NCBI GenBank assembly: GCA_965218095.1 | Contig: OZ244587.1 | Coordinates: forward strand, 1,600,001-1,664,000 | DNA length: 64,000 bases | From: Candidatus Poribacteria bacterium | GTDB lineage: Bacteria > Poribacteria > WGA-4E > PCPOR2b | Reading direction: 5' to 3' | Part shown: positions 10,324 through 20,756 of the stretch, in pieces | Position numbering within the stretch: position 1 is the stretch's first letter | Layout of the letters: the number at the start of each line of letters is the position of its first letter | Position numbers and translations under genes: made by a program | Notes under the pieces: model-generated | What the model saw: only the letters and a program-made list of their open reading frames with translations | Told to the model about the DNA's origin: nothing | Database searches by the model: none

Positions 10324-11505
10324 ATGTCAGAACGGAAGAAAATCGCTGCCATCATCACCGAGTACCGGGTGCCGGCCCACGCCGACGTCATCGTCGGAAA
10401 GTTCATCAAAGGCTTTCCAACCGACGACGGGCTGCTCGAACCCCGCGTGGACATCGTTTCCATGTACCTGGATCAGATCCCCGAGAACGACATCGGCCTG
10501 ACGGTGTCCGAAAAATACGGCATACCCGTGTATCGCAGTATTCGGCTGGCCCTGTGTCTTGGTGGTGATGAACTGGCCGTCGACGGGGTTCTCGCCATCG
10601 GCGAACACGGCAGTTATGCCTTCAACGAGAAAGGGCAGCATCTGTATCCGAGGCGCTTTTTCTTCGAGCAGATCTGCGGCGTCATCGCCACCTCGGGTCG
10701 CCCGGTCCCCGTGTTCAATGACAAGCACCTGTCCTACAACTGGCGCGACACCAAATGGATGTACGACCGGGTGGCCGAGCTGAACATTCCTTTTATGGCC
10801 GGCTCTTCGGTGCCCCTGTTCTGGCGCGACCCCCGGCTTGAGCACGAACTCGACTCGCCCATTGAGGAGGCCATCGTGCTGGGCTTCAAGGGGATGGACG
10901 GATACGGTTTCCACGGCTTCGAGGCCTTGCAGGCGATGGTGGAACGCCGCCGTGGAGGGGAGCAGGGGATCGCGGCCCTCCAGGTACTGGAGGGAGATGC
11001 GGTTTGGCAGGCCGGCGACGACGGTCTGTGGTCGCGGGATCTGGCCGAAGCCGCTTTGGCGTTGGTAAAGAAGGAGAAACAGGGCGTTATGGAAGAGGGC
11101 TGCGGCCATCCCGTCGTCCTCCTCCTCGAATACAACCACGGCTTCAGGGCGGCCATGCTGCTGCTGAAAGACTACATCAGCGAGTGGGGGTATGCCGCCC
11201 GGGTTGACGGCAGGGTGCAGGCCACAGCGATGAACACCTATGGCCGACCAGACCCCAGCTTCAGCTATCTGGGACTGAACATTCAGGAAATGTTTCTGAC
11301 CGGGGTGCCCCAGTACCCGGTGGAGCGTACACTGTTGGTAAGCGGGGCGCTGGACGCAGCCATGGACTCGATGTATCGCGGGAATGTACGCCTGGAGACA
11401 CCCCATCTGAACGTGGTTTACCGGGCCCCTGAAAGGGCACCCATTCGCCCGTACGCTCCCAGGCCGCACGGGGCAAGCACAGTACCTTTCGAATCGGATG
11501 TGTGA
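10324..11505 (+). CDS. Conserved hypothetical protein, distantly oxidoreductase-like
   Basis: 393-aa ORF with GC-rich codon bias; KKIAAIITEY..HADVIVGK, VFNDKHLS, MAGSSVP, YPVERTLL motifs recalled from Planctomycetes-type proteins. Confidence 0.75.
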   Translation: MSERKKIAAIITEYRVPAHADVIVGKFIKGFPTDDGLLEPRVDIVSMYLDQIPENDIGLTVSEKYGIPVYRSIRLALCLGGDELAVDGVLAIGEHGSYAFNEKGQHLYPRRFFFEQICGVIATSGRPVPVFNDKHLSYNWRDTKWMYDRVAELNIPFMAGSSVPLFWRDPRLEHELDSPIEEAIVLGFKGMDGYGFHGFEALQAMVERRRGGEQGIAALQVLEGDAVWQAGDDGLWSRDLAEAALALVKKEKQGVMEEGCGHPVVLLLEYNHGFRAAMLLLKDYISEWGYAARVDGRVQATAMNTYGRPDPSFSYLGLNIQEMFLTGVPQYPVERTLLVSGALDAAMDSMYRGNVRLETPHLNVVYRAPERAPIRPYAPRPHGASTVPFESDV

Positions 11506-11675
11506 AGGATACAACCCCATACGCAGCAAGCCAACAAATTAACGCCATAATAATAGATTGATAATTAACATGAGAATTCTGCGCTAGCGAGGGAGCGAGG
11601 AAGAGCCTCCCCCGATAGATTGGGACTAAGAAGCCTCACACACTCGCATCCTCATCAGATGAAGGAAGGCAACCA

Positions 11676-11830
11676 ATGGAAGTGCAACTCTCCCAGGAAC
11701 ATATCGAGGCCGTCGATCGCCAATGGCGGGTGGTCGTCAACTTCGACGCGATCATCGGGGACGCTGAAAGCTTCACCACCAAGGAGGTCGCGGAGCTGGT
11801 GAAGTGGAAGTTCATGTACATCTTGACGGC
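11676..11830 (+). pseudogene. N-terminal remnant of a GHL10-like TIM-barrel gene
   Basis: MEVQLSQEHIEAVDRQWRVVVNFD aligns with MSTIKLSNQHIADLNRRRRTVVNYD at 23103. Confidence 0.6.
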
Positions 11831-12175
11831 GCGATCTTTACGGTTTATTACATCACCGGCAGTGATGGGATGGCCCATGCAGCCGCTACCAAGTAGCGAC
11901 TGCATGGCGACCTATAATCGGAGATTCAATATAGTTCAGAAAAGCGTCTTGAATCAGTGAGCAGAACAATTTTTGTGTGAAAATACAAATGACGACAAAC
12001 GATGAACACTGAATTCAAAGCACAGATGAGCGCAGCCATACGAGAAATGCTGTCGCTGTTCGTCCGGTACGTCTCCGCTACGCGAGAGTGCAAACACCTG
12101 TGGTCGTATGGAACCGGAAATGTGGGCGTACACGGCCGCGTCGTGGCCGCGCGGAAATAGAAAGGATTCCTGATC

Positions 12176-12961
12176 ATGACGGTCAACGAAGCCCTCAGGA
12201 ACCTGGGCGTCCGCGATGACACCCTGTCGCCAGAACAGAAGGAGTTTCTCGACGAGAACGGATATTTGCCGCTTCCCGGGATACTAGCGGAGGAGCAGGT
12301 GCGGTCCTTCAACGGACAGCTGCAGAAGCTTGTCGAAGAGCAGGGCAGCGTAGAGGAGCCCACGGAATTTCAGGAGGGAACCCAAATCATCAGAGATTTG
12401 GTCTCCAAAGACACCCTCTTCAACGTCTGCTTCACCGATGCTCGCATTCTCGCCTGCATAAAACACGTCATCGGCGACGACTTCAAACTCTCCTCACTAG
12501 TCTTTCGCTCGGTACTCCCCGCGGCAGGCCAGCAGGAGTTGCATCCGGATTGGCACCCGGAGTGGTGGCGAGACCGCAAGACGCCGTCCGATCGGTTTTC
12601 CTGCAATTCTATCTGGATGCTGGACGACTTCACCACCGAGAACGGCGGCACGCGGATCGTGCCGGGGTCGCACAACAGATTAACGTTTCCCGAAGACGAA
12701 ATGGATGATCCCAAGCAGCCGCACCCGAACGAAATTCAACTGACAGGGAGGGTGGGGACGGTGGGGGTATTCACCGGTCACACCTGGCACGGCGGCGCCC
12801 ACAACGGCACCGACGCCCCCCGCCGCGCGGTATTGGCCTATTTCTGCCGTAGCGATCAGCCGCCACAGCAGGATTACAGGAATACCATTTCGTCTGAGGT
12901 TTACGCCCGGTTGAGCAGGGAAGTCAGAGCCATTCTGGACGCGGGTAAGGAGGACGAATGA
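12176..12961 (+). CDS. Phytanoyl-CoA dioxygenase (PhyH) family Fe(II)/2OG dioxygenase
   Basis: LDENGYL, LHPD, WMLDDFTTENGGTRIVPGSH, TWHGG. Confidence 0.92.
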   Translation: MTVNEALRNLGVRDDTLSPEQKEFLDENGYLPLPGILAEEQVRSFNGQLQKLVEEQGSVEEPTEFQEGTQIIRDLVSKDTLFNVCFTDARILACIKHVIGDDFKLSSLVFRSVLPAAGQQELHPDWHPEWWRDRKTPSDRFSCNSIWMLDDFTTENGGTRIVPGSHNRLTFPEDEMDDPKQPHPNEIQLTGRVGTVGVFTGHTWHGGAHNGTDAPRRAVLAYFCRSDQPPQQDYRNTISSEVYARLSREVRAILDAGKEDE

Positions 12962-13024
12962 TTAGGAGGAATGAAAATCCAGCTAGAAAGGTCGCCGACA
13001 ATTTCTACCTTGATACAAATTCGC

Positions 13025-13053
13025 TTGACAAAGTTCAGGCACAGTGATAACAT
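13025..13053 (+). promoter_or_regulatory. Putative sigma70 promoter
   Basis: TTGACA-17 nt-TAACAT. Confidence 0.5.
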
Positions 13054-13357
13054 TGGTGGAAAAATTCGTATTCTTGAGCGAGACACCGCAATCACTAATT
13101 TTACTCAATCGGCGTTTGCGGATCCCTAAATGTTCCTATGAAAGCCATCTGTTCTATTTTATACCGTCGAAGCATCCCTCGTCGGTTTTTAGCCTTGAGA
13201 CAATCATTGGGGGCGTAGGTTGTATTGACCCGCTGTGCAGATGGTGAATGTCACCTGTGGCAAAAATCCTTTTACTACAAGGAAGAAACCAGCGGGACGT
13301 CACTTGCTGAGCCGCTTGTGGCCTCGCTACAGAACAGATATGGAGCTCAGGAGAATA

Positions 13358-15696
13358 ATGCGCAAACCAAGGCTGATCTATTACAACGACGCCCGCCATT
13401 ACCTCATGTACCGGTTCGACCCACCGATGAGTCCCTACCGCCTCCGGCAGCCAGTGGACGAGATCCTGGGCACCGGCGTCAATACGCTATCCTTCGGCTT
13501 GGCCTCTGGGCAGACGTTCTGGCACGACACAAAAGTGGGGAGAGAGAATCGAGAGGCATAACAACGGCGTCATGTGGTGGCGCGCCGGCGAGAACTTGAA
13601 CCATGCGCTCAAGGCAGGCATTGACCCGCTGAAGCCGGTGGTGGACCGTGCGCACGAAAAGGGAATCCAGGTCTTTTGCAGCCTGAAAATGAATGACGCA
13701 AGCTATCCGGGCGGAGAGAGACTCTACTGGTTGGGCCGGCTCAAGTGGGATCGCCCTGAGGTGATGATCGGGGAGGAGAATCCTAATATCCCTGAGCGTG
13801 CGGCCGCCTGCTCCGACTACGCCCGCCCCGAGGTCCGACAGGAGCGTCTGGACGTTATCGAAGAGGTGTGCGACCGATACGGCGCCGACAGACTGGAGAT
13901 GGACGACTGTCTCAAGGACAGCCCATCGCGGGTATTCTTCAAGCTCTCAGAGGCCCGCCAGAACGCCCCGATTCTGACTGACTTTGTGCGACAGGTCCGG
14001 ATGCTGCTCGACAGAATCGGCGACAAGAGGGGGGAGCAGTTATGTCTGGCAACGCGCGTGCACCCGGTGGAAGACGCGAACTTGGCAGTTGGGATGGATG
14101 TGCGGACCTGGCTGTCCGAGGGACTGGTGAATCTAGGTTCTGTTGACATTTGAGTATAAGGTTGTGGCATAATAGAAGAATGACGCCAATAACCTTACCT
14201 AATGAACAATGGAATAAGATATACCGGTTTCTTCTAAGCTGTCCCACCATCTTACACGCCGCTTCGTCGAAGCCGTCCTGTGGGTGACTCGTAGCGGGGC
14301 TCAATGGAGACTTCTACCAGACACCTATGGCAAATGGAACACCCGCTACAAGCGGTTTGCTCGATGGTGCGACAAAGGTATCTTCACACAGATGCACCAC
14401 CACTTCGCCTCTGACCCCGATATCGAGTCGCTTATTGTGGACAGTACCATCTGCCGCGCTCACCCGTCTGCGGCGGGCGCCGAAAAAAAAGGGTGGCACT
14501 GAAAACCAAGCATTAGGTCGGTCTCGGGGCGGTTTCAGTACAAAAAATCACATCACAGTTGACGGACTAGGCAATCCGCTAAGAATACATCTGACACCCG
14601 GTCAGAGACATGACATAACTGAGGCGGAAGGGTTGATAATCGGATATAACAGTGAATATGTGATTGGAGACAAGGGGTACGATTCGGACGCTTTTATCGC
14701 GGTTATTGAGGCGAATGGAGTGATTGCGGTGATACCGCCAAAAAGTCATCGTGTTGACCAAAGAACGTATGACAAACGCTTATACAAAGAGAGACATCAG
14801 GTTGAATGTTTCATCAACAAGATAAAATGGTATCGTCGTATCTTCTCTCGGTTTGAGAAGCTAGCTGTCCGTTATTTTGGATTTCTCAGCTTTGTCTCCA
14901 CTCTTATATGGCTCCCTTGAAATGTCAACAGAACCTAGTAATTCCGTTCCTCGGCGGAATGGAAGACAAGCTAGTTGACTCTCAGCAGTCGTCCGGGTGG
15001 CTCGTAGAGTCCGCCCACTAGGCAGGGGCCTGGGTCTACACCCCTGTGGGAAACGTACCTTACGACGATCGATACGACACCGCCACGACCGAGATGTACC
15101 GGTCCGCCGCGACCAACGCCCGGGCACGGGGCGCCGACGGGCTCTACCTTCAGGACCTTCCTTGGCCGCACACCGAGAGGGAGTACCAGGTTTTGCGTGA
15201 GTTGGGCGACCGGGACATCTACGAACGGAAGGCGAAACATTACATACTAGCCCCTGGCAGTTCGGGCCCAGACAACGCCCCGCTGGGACGACATCTTCCC
15301 ATAACGTTGGAGGAAGGGGCGCCGGCACGCGTACCCATCTTCCTCGGCGATGCGCTGGACGCAGCGCGAGCGGACAGTGAGCTGGAGCGGGTAACGCTGG
15401 GGGTACGGATAATGGCAACCTGCCCCGAGGATCGCTTCACGTTCCGCTTCAACGGCCAGAAACTGCCTCTGGATGATGCGCGAATCACAACCCACTATGG
15501 CGGGATCGTCCCGTACGTGGCGCATCGAGGATAGCTGCCTCAGCGTATAGACACCTACTACCTGTTCGATTTTGACCTGCCGCCGGACCTGGCGCGCGAG
15601 GGTGAGAACGAGTTTGAGATAACTATGGACCACCACTTCAAGGCACTGACTGATGATCACGTGCTCCTCCAGGTCGAGTCCGAATATCCTATGTAG
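13358..15696 (+). pseudogene. GHL10-like glycoside-hydrolase-fold gene broken by a frameshift, an IS5 insertion and two TAG codons
   Basis: MRKPRLIYYNDARH; removing the IS restores GLVNLVIPFLGG; TAG at 15019 and 15532; paralogous to 21062..22651. Confidence 0.85.
14136..14935 (+). mobile_element. IS5-family insertion sequence, second full-length copy, orfA damaged
   Basis: Perfect TIRs GGTTCTGTTGACATTT / AAATGTCAACAGAACC; TA duplication within a CTAG target; intact DDE orfB; deletion in orfA near 14250 relative to copy 1. Confidence 0.95.
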
Positions 15697-16026
15697 AGCC
15701 GCCTGTGAGAGTGCAGGGACAGATATAGAAAGGGAAGTGAAATGGCGAGGTATCGGGGTGGAATTTTGGCCTGGGATGGACAGGATTGCTCTACGACCTG
15801 GCTGAGAGGCATTACGGTCCAAAGGGCGTCAGCGGCCTGACCCTTATCAGGCGAGGGAGGGAGGATTAGTTTTTAGCGACTTTTCTACAACGAAATCCTT
15901 AAATCCGTGCCATTCCTCGGATATGGGGTTATGTTCATTCTAATTACAAGTTAGTCTGCCTTCAGGCGGTTTACGGCTACGATCAGTGGCTGGAGGTCTA
16001 TGCTAGCGATTCGAGAGGAGGCTAAA

Positions 16027-16863
16027 ATGTCGAAACTTCTGAATGAAAATGCCATCGCACAATACAATCGGGATGGATACTATTTCCCGGTCAGGATACT
16101 AGACGACGACCAAGTGGCAGCCAACCGAACATTGCTCGAGAATTTCGAAACTACTCAAGGCAAACCAATTGAGGGAGCACAGCGGAGCAAGTCTCATTTG
16201 CTCTTCACATGGGTTGACGATCTGATGCACCATACAAAGATTCTTGATGCGGTCGAGGATCTGATTGGCCCGGATATCCTTTGCTGGAATACGTTCTTCT
16301 GGATCAAGGAGCCGCGAAGCGAGAGTTTCGTCTCGTGGCATCAGGATCTGCGTTATTGGGGCCTCGATACCAACGACCTGGTCAGCGTATGGTTGGCGCT
16401 TTCACCGGCAACACTCGAAACCGGCTGTATGCGGGTTCTACCGGGCAGTCACAACGGCGATCTCCTGCCTCACAAGGATGAGTATAAGCCGAACAGTCTC
16501 TTGACCCGGGGGCAGGAAATTGCAGTGCAGGTTGATGAAGCGAAGGCTGTGGCCATGCCGCTGCACCCCGGTGAAATTTCGCTTCACAATGTGCGGTTGG
16601 CGCACGCGTCGGGTCCCAACCGGTCAAAGGGTCGTCGTATTGGGCTTTCGATGCATTACATGCCCACCCGCACCAAGCAAATCGTCGGTGAATGGGACAG
16701 CGCAGCGCTTGTCCGCGGCTCTGACCGGTTCGGTCACTTTAAGGACACCCCCCGCCCAGTCAGGGACCTGGATCCTGCTGCGGTTCAGTTTCACGAGAAG
16801 GCAACCAATGCCGTTCGCGAGATCCTTTTCAATGATGCTGAGAAAGTGCGTCATACACTCTGA
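16027..16863 (+). CDS. PhyH family dioxygenase
   Basis: GAGGAG RBS; YNRDGY, WHQD, VWLAL, VLPGSH, LAHASGPN. Confidence 0.93.
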   Translation: MSKLLNENAIAQYNRDGYYFPVRILDDDQVAANRTLLENFETTQGKPIEGAQRSKSHLLFTWVDDLMHHTKILDAVEDLIGPDILCWNTFFWIKEPRSESFVSWHQDLRYWGLDTNDLVSVWLALSPATLETGCMRVLPGSHNGDLLPHKDEYKPNSLLTRGQEIAVQVDEAKAVAMPLHPGEISLHNVRLAHASGPNRSKGRRIGLSMHYMPTRTKQIVGEWDSAALVRGSDRFGHFKDTPRPVRDLDPAAVQFHEKATNAVREILFNDAEKVRHTL

Positions 16864-16968
16864 TCCGCCTGTACGTTTATATATTCAAGCTGCCTGTGGA
16901 CGCTGGCAGGGCGATACAGAAACCAAGTAAGTCGTTTGTGCAATCTTCTTAGTCCCGATCTATCGGGG

Positions 16969-17077
16969 TGACGGCGGGATTTTGTGGTTTTATGACTGTT
17001 TTTGGGGTTGTGGTGGGTTTTGGTTTGTCGGACGTTTTTCGGCAAATTCCCGCCGTAGCTGGACTTTGTCGTTAGCA
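16969..17077 (+). other. attC-like site lacking its 5' R''/L'' boxes
   Basis: ACGGCGGGA(TTT)...(AAAT)TCCCGCCGT inverted arms, T/G-rich loop, ends GCTGGACTTTGTCGTTAGCA then an RBS. Confidence 0.65.
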
Positions 17078-17157
17078 GCAAGGAGAGAGAGGCTATGCTG
17101 GGAATGCGGGTTAAGTACAAGCCTTTGATTGGTCAGTTGTGAATACGAGAGGATTTC

Positions 17158-17256
17158 ATGAGTCTCATTCAATGGATTATCACTGGCGTATCCAGCGGAG
17201 GAATCGGAGGTGTACTCGCTGGGGTCATCTTGGGAGTTTTCCTCGGAAGATATTGA
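17158..17256 (+). CDS. 32-aa glycine-rich single-TM peptide (cassette-like; possibly the 3' remnant of a gene starting at 17095)
   Basis: MSLIQWIITGVSSGGIGGVLAGVILGVFLGRY; in frame with ATG 17095 across one TGA. Confidence 0.45.
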   Translation: MSLIQWIITGVSSGGIGGVLAGVILGVFLGRY

Positions 17257-17276
17257 GTCGTAAACGCAACGGTATC

Positions 17277-17295
17277 GCCTAACCAGTCGTTAGAC
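17277..17295 (+). other. Collapsed attC (R'' and R' only 5 bp apart)
   Basis: GCCTAAC-CAGTC-GTTAGAC fits RYYYAAC and GTTRRRY and lies between two small ORFs. Confidence 0.55.
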
Positions 17296-17307
17296 GGCTT
17301 GAATAGT

Positions 17308-17633
17308 ATGAAATTAACTATCCTAATCATTATTCTTGCCTTTGTGATATCTTGCTCTCGATCTCGGCAAGATGAAATTTCTCCAGATGCCGTAGAAGCA
17401 GCAGTGGGATGGATCTGATTTATCACATGAAACTTGTGAACCTGAACGCATCAGACGTTGACCAAGACGAGTTTTCTCTAGAGATGCGTGACCGACTGAC
17501 TTCGAACGCGTGTGGCCAACACAACTACGTAAAATTCCTCCGAGCAGGGGGCACTTTGGTTATCGCATACCGAGCGTCAGGTGGCAAGTTACTAGCGAAA
17601 ATCCGAGTACCACCTTCGTTGTGCGGATTCTAG
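17308..17633 (+). pseudogene. Small lipoprotein (pilotin AspS-like C-terminus), frameshifted or deleted near 17410
   Basis: MKLTILIIILAFVISC lipobox; second frame ..NACGQ..FLRAGGTLVIAYRASGGKLLAKIRVPPSLC. Confidence 0.55.
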
Positions 17634-17644
17634 GTTGGTACGGC

Positions 17645-17719
17645 ACATAACAAGCAGCTAGAGCTGACGCGATAGCGTTCCATGGTATTCTGAAAAGCGG
17701 GTTGGACTTCGAGCGCGCC
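17645..17719 (+). other. 5' part of an attC-like site, 3' end missing
   Basis: ACATAAC-AAGCAG-CTAGAGCTGACGCG directly after the ORF stop. Confidence 0.55.
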
Positions 17720-17772
17720 TTTTACTCATAGTTGCAGTCGGAAGTCTGCGAAACCACGGAAAAGAGCACAAC

Positions 17773-18840
17773 ATGAACTCCAACGAAATCAGCACGGTCG
17801 TCTGCCCTGCATCGCTCGAAACCTGTCGAATGGTTGAAGCGGCGATTCTGCCGTTTGATGACGGGCGGCTTTATCTCGCTTACAGCGCCGGTGAGCGCGC
17901 CAGCTTTGCGGATGGCGAGATACGTATCATGGGAAGGTGGTCACATGACGAAGGTGAATCGTGGTCGAAGCCGTTCCTCATTCGGGAGTGCGCCGGCAAA
18001 CCCAACGTCATGGAACCCTCGTTCCTGCGCTTACTCTCCGGACGGATCCTTCAGGCTTATATGCGGAGGGACGGCTATCTTCCGGACGGTGAGTTCTTCG
18101 GTGACCTGTATCCCATGATCACCTGCTCGGACGATGAATGTAAGACCTGGTCGGAGCCGAGGCGCATTACCGGGGGCGAGAACATCTATTTCTCTACGAA
18201 TGATCGCCTCGTGTCCCTGGGCATGGGCCGAATCATCCTTCCGGTGCTCACCGCCCCAGCAATGACTAGTGTTCGTGCGTGGCTCACCGATGACGAAGGA
18301 ATGACCTGGCGAGCAGGCGCCGGGTCTATTCAAGCGGCCGACGGGGTGACTTATGGCTATCCGATGGCTGCAGAACTGGCCGACGGCACTGTTGCCATGT
18401 TCCTTGTGAACTCCACCAGCAGCATCCACGTCGCCCACAGCAGCGATGGCGGCGATACATGGACTCTTGTCAGCGAATCGGGTCCGGTGCCGTGTCCGGC
18501 GCCTGTCATGGTTCGCCGAATTCCGGACTCGCCCGACCTTCTGCTCATCTGGGACAATCACACCCAGCGTACCAACCTCACGGCGGCCGTCAGCCGCGAC
18601 AACGGTCAGACCTGGACAAACTACCGGTTGCTCGAGGAGCAGGAAGGCTGGCCTGTCCTTCGGCCCCATGCGTATCCGAGCCTGGCCTTCATGAATGGTT
18701 ACGCGCACATGACCTGGTACGAGTGCCACTCACACCCGGAGACAGGTAGCATGTTTGACCTCATCTACCGACGGCTTCCGATTTCGTGGTTTTACGAGCA
18801 GCGCGTTCGCCGCTCGCCCTGGCGGACAACAAACGAGTGA
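17773..18840 (+). CDS. Sialidase/BNR-repeat family protein
   Basis: Five Asp-boxes (SHDEGESW, SDDECKTW, TDDEGMTW, SSDGGDTW, SRDNGQTW), AYPS. Confidence 0.88.
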   Translation: MNSNEISTVVCPASLETCRMVEAAILPFDDGRLYLAYSAGERASFADGEIRIMGRWSHDEGESWSKPFLIRECAGKPNVMEPSFLRLLSGRILQAYMRRDGYLPDGEFFGDLYPMITCSDDECKTWSEPRRITGGENIYFSTNDRLVSLGMGRIILPVLTAPAMTSVRAWLTDDEGMTWRAGAGSIQAADGVTYGYPMAAELADGTVAMFLVNSTSSIHVAHSSDGGDTWTLVSESGPVPCPAPVMVRRIPDSPDLLLIWDNHTQRTNLTAAVSRDNGQTWTNYRLLEEQEGWPVLRPHAYPSLAFMNGYAHMTWYECHSHPETGSMFDLIYRRLPISWFYEQRVRRSPWRTTNE

Positions 18841-19101
18841 CAACGGCGTGAGAATGGCGAGGCTCGCGAAAACAGGATTTGGACAGTGGGGCCCCGCTGT
18901 TGATCAGATTGACGACCTGCTTCTCATGTGAAGGGCTAGCAGCCGTAGTTGAGGCTGAAAAATTGCGTAAAACCGATGGCTAAAAACAAAATTCCGTCTA
19001 ATTACAAGTTTGGAGGCTGTCACATGCAACGTACAGTTTTCGTCCTAGCCTTTATTCTCAGTTCACACTTGCTGTCTCGAACTTAGGAGGAGGAACATAG
19101 G

Positions 19102-19663
19102 ATGAGTCGCCTTTTCGGCCCGATGCGACAAATCGCGTTCGTGGTTCGTGACCTCGACGTCGCGTTACGATACTGGACGGAGGTTCTGGGTGTTGGCCCA
19201 TTCTTCGTCTTGCCGAATTTCTCGCCCGAGAACTACCACTACTGCGGAAACCCATCTCCCCCACCGGTACTAAGCATTGCGCTCGGTAATTCTGGCGACG
19301 TGCAGGTGGAACTAATCCATCAGCACGATGACCGTCCTAGTGCGTATCGAGACTTCCTGGAGGCGGGTCAGGAAGGGTTCCAGCATATGTCGGCATGGCT
19401 GAACCCTGACGACTATGACGCGGCTGCTCGCGGCTAGCGTACCCGTGGCGCACGAGGGAAGGATTCCCGGTCGTGGCGTACGCTTTGCCTATTTCGCAAC
19501 TGATGTTCCCGGTAGCCTCATGTACGAAATTGCAGATCTGATCCAGCCGGAGACCTACCCGCTCCATCAAATGATTGCAGAGGCCACACGGCAATGGGAC
19601 GGCTCAGATCCGGTACGGGAACTCCGAAATCTAGCAATGACGAAGCAATACGATGAAGCTTAA
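19102..19663 (+). pseudogene. VOC/glyoxalase family protein, frameshifted near 19430
   Basis: QIAFVVRDLD..WTEVLGVGPF, VELIHQ, then RFAYFAT..WDGSDPVR in another frame. Confidence 0.8.
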
Positions 19664-19696
19664 CCAGCGGTTGGAGCCGACCACATGACGTTAGAC
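19658..19696 (+). other. Internally deleted attC-like site
   Basis: GCTTAAC (contains the upstream stop TAA) CAGCG GTTGGAGCCGACC ... GTTAGAC; 39 bp. Confidence 0.55.
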
Positions 19697-19723
19697 CGCC
19701 GTGGAATGGCAAAAGGGAAAACA

Positions 19724-20575
19724 ATGGATAACGCAGTACGCCGCAACTATCGCTACATCAAGGTGCGCCCGATCGCCGGTGCGCTCGGTGCCGAGATCCA
19801 AGGCGTGGATATCGCGCGGCTCCTGGAACCTGAAGTCGTTTCAGAGATCCGCCAGGCCTTCCTCGACTATCTGGCGATCTGCTTCCGCAACCAACAACTC
19901 ACCCCACAGGAGCAGCTCGCCTTCGCCCAGCACTTCGGCCAGCCAATGGAATACCCACAGATGAAGGGACTGCCCGAATGTCCGCTGATCACAGCGGTGA
20001 TCAAGCTGGAGCACGAGCGGGTGAACTTCGGCGGCGTCTGGCATTCTGACACCACGTATCTGGAGCGTCCACCGATGGCGAGCATGCTCTATGCGGTCGA
20101 GATTCCGCCCTACGGCGGCGACACCCTTTTCGCCAACCAGTACATGGCCTACCAGACCCTCTCGGAGGGTCTTAAGAAGACGCTCGACGGCCTGGTCGGC
20201 GTCAACACCTCGACGAAACCCGAGGTCGCCAGGACGCGGGAGGATCGCTTACGCGAGGCAGGCGCGGAACTGAAAGTGCTGGGTGCAACGCATCCTGTGG
20301 TTCGCACGCATCCGGAGACTGGGCGCAAGGCGCTTTACGTCAACACCGCCCACACGACGCACTTCGAGGGTTGGACAGAGCAGGAGAGCCGGTCTCTGCT
20401 CGATTACCTGTTCGAGCACCAAGTCAGGCCAGAGTTCACCTGCCGCTTTGGCTGGGGGCAAGGCTCGCTCACCTTCTGGGATAATCGCTGCGCCCAGCAC
20501 AACCCGGTGAATGACTATCAAGGATTCAGGCGCATAATGCATCGCGTCACGCTGGCCGGCGACAAGCCGTGCTAA
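19724..20575 (+). CDS. tauD: TauD/TfdA family 2OG-dependent dioxygenase
   Basis: GALGAEI, WHSDTT, GGDTLF, HPVVRTHPETGRKAL, FWDNRCAQH, RIMHR; the substrate is not certain. Confidence 0.9.
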   Translation: MDNAVRRNYRYIKVRPIAGALGAEIQGVDIARLLEPEVVSEIRQAFLDYLAICFRNQQLTPQEQLAFAQHFGQPMEYPQMKGLPECPLITAVIKLEHERVNFGGVWHSDTTYLERPPMASMLYAVEIPPYGGDTLFANQYMAYQTLSEGLKKTLDGLVGVNTSTKPEVARTREDRLREAGAELKVLGATHPVVRTHPETGRKALYVNTAHTTHFEGWTEQESRSLLDYLFEHQVRPEFTCRFGWGQGSLTFWDNRCAQHNPVNDYQGFRRIMHRVTLAGDKPC

Positions 20576-20756
20576 GCACCGGTCAACATTGGGGGTACCG
20601 GACGATCAAGATGAGGGACACAGAGCAGAATCAACAAGTCGAAATGCGCCGATGGACAGAAGAAACAGGGAAACTAAATTATATCCTTGACTTTACGGGT
20701 AGAGAAGAACCAGATGGAAAATATTGGCTTAAGGAGACAATACTGCACTTACCATT

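Noticed and set aside
10327-11529. 400-aa antisense ORF; likewise 5189..6031, 18031..18729, 39646..40284, 43343..43987, 46778..47383 and 54893..55906
   Set aside because: Shadow frames of GC-rich genes on the opposite strand, with no recognisable motifs
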